NCBI GenBank assembly: GCA_947501605.1
Contig: CANMWZ010000056.1
Coordinates: 1 to 16,684 of the forward strand
Source: Planctomycetota bacterium
GTDB lineage: Bacteria > Planctomycetota > UBA1135 > UBA2386
DNA length: 16,684 nt
Direction: 5' to 3'
This document shows, piece by piece, positions 1 through 6,516 of the stretch (position 1 is the stretch's first letter; each line of letters opens with the position of its first letter). The notes under the pieces were generated by a model. It was not told the origin of the DNA, ran no database searches, and saw only the letters and a list, made by a program, of their open reading frames with translations. Both the position numbers and the translations under genes were made by a program.

Positions 1-419
1 CTATCACCCGATGTGGTGCATGCAGTGTAGAGGCTCAGGGGAAAGACGCTTGACAAGGTAGCCGTCCCGTTCGGGTGCACTTGCGTGCCCGTCCACTGAA
101 GCGGAAACTTAACCGTCGCGAACAGAACGTCGGCTGCCGGAACGGGAAGGGGCGCAGCAGGAGGCGGGGCGTAGGGGAACGTCACGTTCACGTCGATGAG
201 CAGGTCATGCTGGCACTGCCTCACATTCAGACAACCCTCTCGAGGGCACACACCATCGAGAGTGCTCGGATTCGTGATCGTGTCGGCAACCACCCATGCC
301 GGAGGGCCAGGAATGCTGATGGCTGGAGACGTCACCGCCGTGCTTGCCGAGCACCCACACTGGGCATGAGCGAGGTCGAGCAAGCAACCAAAGAGCACCA
401 CCTTCACGTTTTTCCTCAT
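1..419 (-). CDS. Secreted Cys-rich hypothetical protein, copy A (3' end outside window; not in ORF track)
   Basis: Manual translation from ATG at 419 is open to the window edge (139 codons): MRKNVKVVLFGCLLDLAHA|QCGCSASTAVTSPAISIPGPPAWVVADTITNPSTLDGVCPREGCLNVRQCQHDLLIDVNVTFPYAPPP...LSLYTACTTSGD. It has a basic N-terminus, a hydrophobic stretch and an AHA signal peptidase site. The G-x-C and C-x5-C pattern is shared with 2337-2852 and 6001-6510. Confidence 0.75.
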   Translation of the reverse strand, partial: MRKNVKVVLFGCLLDLAHAQCGCSASTAVTSPAISIPGPPAWVVADTITNPSTLDGVCPREGCLNVRQCQHDLLIDVNVTFPYAPPPAAPLPVPAADVLFATVKFPLQWTGTQVHPNGTATLSSVFPLSLYTACTTSGD

Positions 420-433
420 GCCCGAATCGATTA

Positions 434-442
434 CCCCCCCCC
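434..442 (-). repeat. G9 homopolymer (C9 on + strand) upstream of Cys-rich gene A
   Basis: Nine consecutive C at 434-442, ending 14 nt upstream of the minus-strand ATG at 419. It lies between TTGCAA (457-452) and TAATCG (433-428). Confidence 0.85.
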
Positions 443-605
443 TCTGCACCTTTGCAAGTCGAATCACAAAAAGTACTTCCTCGTGAGCAACCCATGCACG
501 GGGTGCGTCCCGAGATCTAACGATCCGAGGCACGACCATAGATGCGGGCCAGTTCGGACAGCCGGGAGATTTACACGCCAGCCTGAGTCCAGCGACACCG
601 CCGCC

Positions 606-692
606 GTTCTCCAGATCGCCGGTGGAATCCTTAGCCCCTGCTGCCCCACGCCTTGCACCGACTTTCCCCAGGTTCTCCAGACCGCTTGGAAT
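606..692. repeat. Imperfect direct repeat pair in divergent intergenic region
   Basis: GTTCTCCAGATCGCCGGTGGAAT (606-628) and GTTCTCCAGACCGCTTGGAAT (672-692); each contains a TCCA...TGGA dyad. Confidence 0.6.
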
Positions 693-736
693 GCGCGCTG
701 GCCCAGCCCGAACGCCCGGATACAACGCCCGCCCCG

Positions 737-2158
737 ATGGATGCCCCGCCCGTGAGCGCGCCGCTGCCGCGCAGTCGCACCCTGCGCGAAGAGATCGCGC
801 AGCTGGCGAAGCTCGCGGGACCGATCGCCTTCGTGCAACTGGGAATGACGGCGATGGGCTTCGTCGACGTCGCCTTCCTGGGCCACTACGACGCCGCGGC
901 GCTGTCGACCATGGGTCTCGGCAACACCTTGTGCTGGGCCGCCATCGTCTACTGCCTCGGGGCTCTCGCCGCGATCGACCCGCTGCTGGCGCAGGCCGTC
1001 GGTGCCGGCGACCGCCCGGCAGTCACACTGTCGCTGGCGCGCGGCCTGTTGCTCGGGGCCGTACTGACGGTGCCCGCCGTCCTGTTGCTGTTGCCATCCG
1101 AACGCTGGCTCGCGTGGCTCGAACAGCCGCCCGAACTGATCGCTGACGCGGCGCTCTACGCGCGCATCAACACCGTCGGCATCCTGCCTCTGCTGTGGTT
1201 CGGGCTCTTGCGCTCGCTGCACTCCGCGCATTCGCACGTGCGCCCGCAGGTGTTGGCGATCGTGCTGGGCAATGCTGCCAACGTGTTGCTCGACTGGCTC
1301 CTGATTAAAGGCAACCTCGGCTTCCCAGAACTCGGCGTCGCCGGCGCCGCGTGGGCGACGGTGATGTCGCGGTGGTTGTTGCTCGTAAGTCTGGTGTGGT
1401 TTTCCCGCGACGAGCTGCGTCCGTACTGGCGAGCGCTGCGCGATCCTTCTGTGCGCACCGCCGCCTTCGCCCTGCGCCCCTTGTGGAACCTACTGCGCCT
1501 CGGCGCGCCGATCGGCGGTCAGTTCGCGATGGAGATGGGCGTGTTCGCAGCGACGGCGCTGTTGATCGGTCGCCTCGATCGCGATGCCGGCGATGCCGAA
1601 GGCCTGCGACTCTGCGGCCATCAGATCGCGCTGCAGCTCGCGTCGTTGAGTTTCATGATCCCGCTCGGCATCGGCCTCGCTTCGTCGGTGCGCGTGGGTT
1701 GGGCCGTGGGCCTCGGCGAACCCGACGCAGCGCGGCGCACGGCCAAGGCGGCGTTGACGGGCAGCACGGCGGTGATGACGGCGTTCATGCTGCTCTACCT
1801 GCTGTTCCCAGGCGCCGTCGCGAGCCTCGTGACGAACGATGCGCGCGCGATCGAATGGGCCGTCGTGCTGCTGCCGATCGCGGGCGTGTTCCAGATCGGC
1901 GACGGCGTGCAGGTCACGTCGATCGGTTTGCTGCGCGGCACGGGCGACGTGCACGCCCCGTTCTGGATCAACGTCGTCGGGTTCTGGGTCCTCGGGCTGC
2001 CGCTCGGCTGCTGGCTCGCGTTCCCGTGGGGTAAAGACCTCGGACCGGCGGGGCTCTGGTGGGGTCTCGTCGCCGGCTTGTTCGCGGTGGCGGCGGCGCT
2101 GCTGACGGTCGTGCGGTGGCGGTTCAAGGAACTGCGGCCGCGGTTGTCGGTGGAGTGA
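737..2158 (+). CDS. MATE family efflux transporter (NorM/DinF-like)
   Basis: Multiple hydrophobic TM segments in two repeats. MATE-type motifs LAGPI...GFVDVAFLGH, LLAQAVGAGD, LGVAGAAWAT, SVRVGWAVG, FQIGDGVQ, LRGTGD, LGPAGLWWGL. Start placed at ATG 737 (the ORF track extends it to 653). Confidence 0.95.
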   Translation: MDAPPVSAPLPRSRTLREEIAQLAKLAGPIAFVQLGMTAMGFVDVAFLGHYDAAALSTMGLGNTLCWAAIVYCLGALAAIDPLLAQAVGAGDRPAVTLSLARGLLLGAVLTVPAVLLLLPSERWLAWLEQPPELIADAALYARINTVGILPLLWFGLLRSLHSAHSHVRPQVLAIVLGNAANVLLDWLLIKGNLGFPELGVAGAAWATVMSRWLLLVSLVWFSRDELRPYWRALRDPSVRTAAFALRPLWNLLRLGAPIGGQFAMEMGVFAATALLIGRLDRDAGDAEGLRLCGHQIALQLASLSFMIPLGIGLASSVRVGWAVGLGEPDAARRTAKAALTGSTAVMTAFMLLYLLFPGAVASLVTNDARAIEWAVVLLPIAGVFQIGDGVQVTSIGLLRGTGDVHAPFWINVVGFWVLGLPLGCWLAFPWGKDLGPAGLWWGLVAGLFAVAAALLTVVRWRFKELRPRLSVE

Positions 2159-2190
2159 GCGCGCGAGTTGGTCCGACCTCGCAGGCCATC

Positions 2191-2245
2191 ACAGAGTGTC
2201 ACCCATGTGCCCGGACAGAAGTGTCACCCATGTTCCCGGTTGCCC
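2191..2245 (+). mobile_element. Probable IS481-family terminal remnant (tandem subterminal repeats, no transposase)
   Basis: Two copies of AGTGTCACCCATGT(G/T)CCCGG with a 25-bp period (2195 and 2220), followed by TTGC. From recall, this resembles the repeated transposase-binding motifs at IS481-family ends; the expected terminal ...ACA is replaced by a C run. Confidence 0.6.
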
Positions 2246-2250
2246 CCCCC
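2243..2250 (+). repeat. C8 homopolymer upstream of Cys-rich gene B
   Basis: Eight consecutive C. They lie inside a possible weak promoter TTCCCG(2233-2238)-N17-TAGCCT(2256-2261). Confidence 0.8.
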
Positions 2251-2336
2251 AACGCTAGCCTTCCCGCTACGGCCTACCTTGGCAGCTCGCGTGAGCGCGG
2301 AACGGCGGAAAAGCAACCAGACGGCGAGGCCAACCT

Positions 2337-2852
2337 ATGATCGCACTACCGCACGTTTTTCTTGTGATCCTCACTTCGGCACTATTCTTTCCAGCAAGGG
2401 ATTCTGGTCGGGCACTGAGTGCCACCTCGCCACAGCAGCCAGGCACCCAGGAGCAGCCTTGCGAAGAGCCCTGCGAGGGATGTCAAGGCAGCGTTTTTCC
2501 GTTCGACGGTGTAAGAACGATTGAAATGGATGGGTGCACCATTACCTTCACGTTTAAGATGAAGAACGGTCAGTGTTGCGGCGAACCTTGCGCCGCGCAG
2601 AAGGCGTGCGAGTTGAAGGTGTCGACTGCGCACGCAGGAAACGACTGTTGTCCGGTCGTTGGGTTCGTAGTGGGGGGCACATTAGACGTCTTCTGGTGGC
2701 CGTTGGATTCGGAGTTCACAACAAACCTCCCGTGCTGGGGACCGCCTCTCGCATTGATTCCTGGCGGGGGCCTCGGCGGTAACTGTGAAACCTTGGGCTT
2801 CGGAGAACCAGTCTACGTCCAGTGCAGTCCCTGCCCAGACTGGCTACCATAA
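2337..2852 (+). CDS. Secreted Cys-rich hypothetical protein, copy B (171 aa, 14 Cys)
   Basis: Hydrophobic N-terminal signal-like segment and GAGG upstream. Cys pattern CEEPCEGC...DGC...GQCC...CAAQKAC...DCC...LPC...C...CSPC. No CxxCH. Confidence 0.85.
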   Translation: MIALPHVFLVILTSALFFPARDSGRALSATSPQQPGTQEQPCEEPCEGCQGSVFPFDGVRTIEMDGCTITFTFKMKNGQCCGEPCAAQKACELKVSTAHAGNDCCPVVGFVVGGTLDVFWWPLDSEFTTNLPCWGPPLALIPGGGLGGNCETLGFGEPVYVQCSPCPDWLP

Positions 2853-2862
2853 CTGGCTCGAC

Positions 2863-3417
2863 ATGAATGCTGCACGGACAATTAGCTTGGGCCTAGTGAT
2901 CATTGCGTTACATTCCAGTTGCTCCAAGGGTGATGGTGCTGGGATTCTGCCGCCAGAATTGCTTTGGGTCGGATCGGACGTGCGCACTCTTACCGAAGAC
3001 GAGCGGATCAAGCTGGGCGCCTTCCTCAAGGATGAGTTACGCTGGGCCGAGCGGCTAGCAGAGTCAGGCAACAGCACGGGGTCGGTTAAGCCAGCGGGTC
3101 AGCTGGCACGAATTGAGGCGACGACTCGAGGACTTTACCTTTTGGTGGCAGAAGCAAAACAGAATGCACTAAGGGATGGATCTGCCAAGATCGCAAGCCC
3201 TTCTGTCCCCAAACTCCTCGCGAGAGCATCTGCCAGAACGAGTCCACATACCGCATTGGTTTTGGGGCAGTACCCCACAATCGGCATGGTGGTCTTTAGG
3301 ATCGACCGGATTCGCGAGCCGCTTGCTTACGACTCGGTCGTGGCGGCACTCGGTGAAGCGTGTGCGAAGGAAGCAGCTGAGGAGTTTTCTTTGCTTCGTA
3401 AGTCGGAAGGGAAGTGA
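2863..3417 (+). CDS. Putative lipoprotein, partner of Cys-rich protein B (184 aa)
   Basis: ATG 2863 lies 10 nt after the stop of gene B. MNAARTISLGLVIIALHSS|C is a lipobox-like signal. Shares sequence blocks with 6517-7380. Confidence 0.8.
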   Translation: MNAARTISLGLVIIALHSSCSKGDGAGILPPELLWVGSDVRTLTEDERIKLGAFLKDELRWAERLAESGNSTGSVKPAGQLARIEATTRGLYLLVAEAKQNALRDGSAKIASPSVPKLLARASARTSPHTALVLGQYPTIGMVVFRIDRIREPLAYDSVVAALGEACAKEAAEEFSLLRKSEGK

Positions 3418-3420
3418 GTC

Positions 3421-5769
3421 ATGCCGTCAGTAAAGGTGTCAAGGGGCAGAAGGACGGCCGTCGTCGTCGCTCTGGTCGTCGCGGTTGGCTGGCTGCTTCT
3501 GCAGTTCGGGTTGGATCACCCCCCCTCGATCGACTACAGCCAGATGGTCGAACACCAGCCCGCGTCGGCGGGCAACGCAGGTGCTCCCGCGTCTTCAGGA
3601 GCGCCAGAGAGTGCCTTGAGGCGCTTAGGCCTCGAGTTTGCTTTTGAGGACGGGCAGCCAGTGGCTGGCATGGAACTCACCGATGCGGAAGGCAGAGTGT
3701 TCCAGACCGATGTGGTTGGGTCGGTCAGTGTCCAGATCCAAGGGCGGTACTCGATTCGTATGGGTGCCGTTGCGGGGGTAGTGGACGTGCGGGCAACGGG
3801 TGGCAGTTACTCCGTTCCGCGGATCGGGGTCTGTCGTTTGTTGCAATCTGCATCTCAGGGGGCACCGCTGCGGCTGGATGCAGGCCCGACTTCACTGGCC
3901 CAGTTTATGGGAGGAGGGGACTCGCCTGTACGCCTTCGCTTCACGAAACAAGCTCGCCTGGGCGGGGAGGAGCAGCCCCAATTGGTGCTGCCTTATGGGG
4001 AGTGGCGACTGACGGTGAGAGGGGGGCGCTGGCGAGTCGTTCCAGAGCAGATCCGCGTGGACGCCCCGCTCATGGATTTCGCTTTCCAGCTGGTCGAGAA
4101 CGAGCGCACCAGTCTTGGGGTCAGGGTGTTGGACGAGTCGAGCGTGCCGGTGTCCGGGATCGAGGTTCGACAGGCGCACACGAACAAGGTCGTTGTCGTT
4201 GGGCGAACTGATGGTGAGGGAAGGTTGTTCGTCGATCGTGCCGCGTTCCCGGCGATCGGTCACCCGCTCTTCGACTTCGCAGTCGAAGGATTGGAGTGTC
4301 AGCCTCGATTGAGCGTCGGCCCGTTTGCATGGGGAACCGAGGACAATCTAGTGATCATGCACCGGAGAAGTGCTGCATGGCTTCGTATCGCCCAAGGAGG
4401 CGCATTGATCGCCGACCTGGACTGGGTGGCGACGCTGCACAGATCGGTGGGCGGACTCAACGACGGGCTGCCACCTGTTCTTCTTCCTGAGCCACCCGGG
4501 CGAGCGAGGTTGCCGGCTACACACGCAGCATCGGATTGGATCCTGTGTCGGCGTGGCAACTCCACAGTGATCGCGCACTCAGAGGAGTTAGTTCGTTCGG
4601 AATCGAGCGGAGTCGACTTCCTCGACGTGCCATGGCCAGAGGAGGTGTCTATTGGTGTTCTCGTCGTTGATGGCAGCGGGAGGCCCGTGTCAGGTGCGAC
4701 GGCCAACTTGGTTCTGGCTTGCGATCTCGAGGATGCGATGCGGTTTGGGCCGATCGTGGAATCGGATTGGCTGCCCGGAAACCTCTTTTCGAAAACGACT
4801 GTGCTGTCGATCTCCCGCGCGGTGAGCGATGCCACGGGCCGCGCTCTGCTGCGTGGGGCAGTCAACCAGCATGTCTACGTGCGAGTAGATGGCCCCAGTG
4901 GATTCGCGCCCGCTGTGACGCAGATCACCGGAGCAGGCCTCACCGTTGTGTTGCGAGGCTCGGGATCGCTGCGTGGTTCCATCCAGGGGATGCCTGCTGA
5001 CAAGCGAAAGAACGTCGCATTCTATGAGCGGATTCTATGGACGCTTGAAGCGGTTCCGCTGGCGGAGACCGGAGCAGTTACCACTAATTGGTGCGAGCTC
5101 AAGGGTGTCGAGTATCGAATGACTGGGCTGAGTCAAGGGGAGTATCGACTCCTGGTGCGACAGCGGCAGTCGGGAACGACGCATCAATGGGATATGGGCA
5201 AGGTGCGGGTGGAAGGGGACGTCGTTCGGGACATGGACCTTGCCGACCTTCCGATGCACCCATTCACCCTGAAGGTGGAGGGCCTCGAGAAGTTCTCCAG
5301 CGCGACGCTCACGGTCTATCGAACGGGCAATGACCTTTTGAGTCCGCACCTTCAGAGCCTTGCAGTCCGGGATGGGCAACTGGAAGTGACGCTCCCTCCG
5401 GGGACCTATGGTCTCCGCGCCAGGGTGCCCGCGGGGCGGGACGGTGGATACCAGGATATCGAGAGCGATGGGGTCTTCGAGTGCCCAGGAACAGGTGGTG
5501 ATCGCGTCCGCTTCGTTGTCGAGCCGGGGGAGATCCGGCTCATCACTCGTGCCGGAGACCCCGTTGCTACTCAGTGGTTCGTGGTTCGAACGCAGGCGGG
5601 CTTCTTTGGCCCTGTGCAAACCGACACCGAGGGGGTGGTGACCTTCGACACGTGGCCATGCCAGAAGTTCGACCTACAGAAGGCGAGCTTCTCGTCCAGT
5701 CGCAGCTGGACAGGCGTTGGGCGGCGTATCGAGGTCACCCGTGGGCAGGCAAGCGCCGTGGTCGACTAG
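3421..5769 (+). CDS. Membrane-anchored protein with carboxypeptidase-regulatory-like (transthyretin/Cna-B type) beta-sandwich repeats (782 aa)
   Basis: N-terminal TM (AVVVALVVAVGWLLL). Repeated motifs EDGQPVAG...TDVVG, VLDESSVPVSG...TDGEG, VVDGSGRPVSGA...SDATG, TRAGDPVA...TDTEG, plus LPPGTY and LSQGEY. Starts 3 nt after the previous stop. Confidence 0.85.
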   Translation: MPSVKVSRGRRTAVVVALVVAVGWLLLQFGLDHPPSIDYSQMVEHQPASAGNAGAPASSGAPESALRRLGLEFAFEDGQPVAGMELTDAEGRVFQTDVVGSVSVQIQGRYSIRMGAVAGVVDVRATGGSYSVPRIGVCRLLQSASQGAPLRLDAGPTSLAQFMGGGDSPVRLRFTKQARLGGEEQPQLVLPYGEWRLTVRGGRWRVVPEQIRVDAPLMDFAFQLVENERTSLGVRVLDESSVPVSGIEVRQAHTNKVVVVGRTDGEGRLFVDRAAFPAIGHPLFDFAVEGLECQPRLSVGPFAWGTEDNLVIMHRRSAAWLRIAQGGALIADLDWVATLHRSVGGLNDGLPPVLLPEPPGRARLPATHAASDWILCRRGNSTVIAHSEELVRSESSGVDFLDVPWPEEVSIGVLVVDGSGRPVSGATANLVLACDLEDAMRFGPIVESDWLPGNLFSKTTVLSISRAVSDATGRALLRGAVNQHVYVRVDGPSGFAPAVTQITGAGLTVVLRGSGSLRGSIQGMPADKRKNVAFYERILWTLEAVPLAETGAVTTNWCELKGVEYRMTGLSQGEYRLLVRQRQSGTTHQWDMGKVRVEGDVVRDMDLADLPMHPFTLKVEGLEKFSSATLTVYRTGNDLLSPHLQSLAVRDGQLEVTLPPGTYGLRARVPAGRDGGYQDIESDGVFECPGTGGDRVRFVVEPGEIRLITRAGDPVATQWFVVRTQAGFFGPVQTDTEGVVTFDTWPCQKFDLQKASFSSSRSWTGVGRRIEVTRGQASAVVD

Positions 5770-5920
5770 CCGCGCTTCCCGGGCCGCGGCAGCTCCGGCT
5801 TCTTCCCCGAACTCGGCGGCGGGCCGACGGCGAAACCCGCGCCCATCAGGGCACCCTGCGCGAGGAGTCGGAGGCTACGAGGCAGGTGTTGCTGCTGTTG
5901 CAGGGTCCCCGCCCGACAAT

Positions 5921-5947
5921 GCCGTCGTCTTGCGCGTGGACGACGGT
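5921..5947. repeat. Inverted repeat / hairpin
   Basis: CCGTCGTC (5922-5929) pairs with GACGACGG (5939-5946), extendable by G-U pairs. No U-tract follows. Confidence 0.55.
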
Positions 5948-5962
5948 GCCCGGGTTGGACCG

Positions 5963-5993
5963 TTGACTCGCCCCCCCCCCACTGACCTACTCT
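5963..5993 (+). promoter_or_regulatory. Sigma70-like promoter with C10 tract in spacer; probably leaderless transcript
   Basis: TTGACT (5963-5968), a 19-nt spacer containing C10 (5971-5980), TACTCT (5988-5993), then 7 nt to ATG 6001. No Shine-Dalgarno sequence. Confidence 0.65.
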
Positions 5994-6000
5994 CCCCGGC

Positions 6001-6510
6001 ATGATTGCATCCCGATTCGTCGGCATCCTCCTCGCTGTCGTGTCGCCGTTGGCTGCGCAGACCTGCAGCACCTGCACGAACCTGCCTGATCTCGGCAGCC
6101 CTATCGATGACGCGTGCACCCAGGTGATCGTGTCGTTCGGCCCCAGCGAGCCCGGGGACTGCACGTTTCGCAGCAACAACCCCCCGCTGTGCCTACCGGA
6201 CTCCGTCTGCTTGTTCACGATGACCATCACGGTCACGACCAAGTCCGGTTGCGCCAATCCCCCGGATTACACCGCCGAGTTTTGCACCGAACCGGTGGAC
6301 AACCAGGGCCACTCCAATGGAGGCACCGCCTGTGCGGCACCGACAGCAATGCTGCCGGGTATTCCATCGTCTATCCCTAACTGGCCAGTGGCCTGCGGGC
6401 GCAAGGACTTCCTCCGCCTTCGGCGCAAGCCAGCGAACGACATCATTGCCAGCCCAGGTGGAGCATGCGCGGCCTGCCAGCCTATTCCCGAGCCTACCGG
6501 CGGAGACTGA
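6001..6510 (+). CDS. Secreted Cys-rich hypothetical protein, copy C (169 aa, 12 Cys)
   Basis: Signal peptide MIASRFVGILLAVVSPLAA|Q. Cys pattern CSTC...DAC...GDC...CLPDSVC...SGC...C...C...VAC...CAAC. Confidence 0.88.
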   Translation: MIASRFVGILLAVVSPLAAQTCSTCTNLPDLGSPIDDACTQVIVSFGPSEPGDCTFRSNNPPLCLPDSVCLFTMTITVTTKSGCANPPDYTAEFCTEPVDNQGHSNGGTACAAPTAMLPGIPSSIPNWPVACGRKDFLRLRRKPANDIIASPGGACAACQPIPEPTGGD

Positions 6511-6516
6511 TGCAGC

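Noticed and set aside
606..692. CRISPR array (66-bp period repeat)
   Set aside because: Only two imperfect copies, no third unit at the expected spacing, and no cas genes in the window.
75..755. ORFs 75-755 (+) and 205-495 (-)
   Set aside because: No recognisable motifs; they overlap the better-supported signal-peptide ORF 419->1 and the intergenic region.
2168..2524. ORFs spanning the tandem repeat (2168-2524, 2059-2340)
   Set aside because: They read through the IS-like end and overlap real genes; no transposase motifs.
2846..2862. Integron cassette array (TAAC at the stop of gene B)
   Set aside because: Only 10 nt separate the genes, leaving no room for an attC; no GTTRRRY partner or integrase seen.
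5766..6257. 163-aa minus-strand ORF as a complete gene
   Set aside because: It is antisense to Cys-rich gene C and its promoter; only the last ~35 codons look coding.
2337..6510. Cys-rich proteins as multiheme cytochromes, ferredoxins or RiPP precursors
   Set aside because: No CxxCH or CxxCxxC motifs; they are about 170 aa with Sec-type signals, and no modifying enzymes are nearby.
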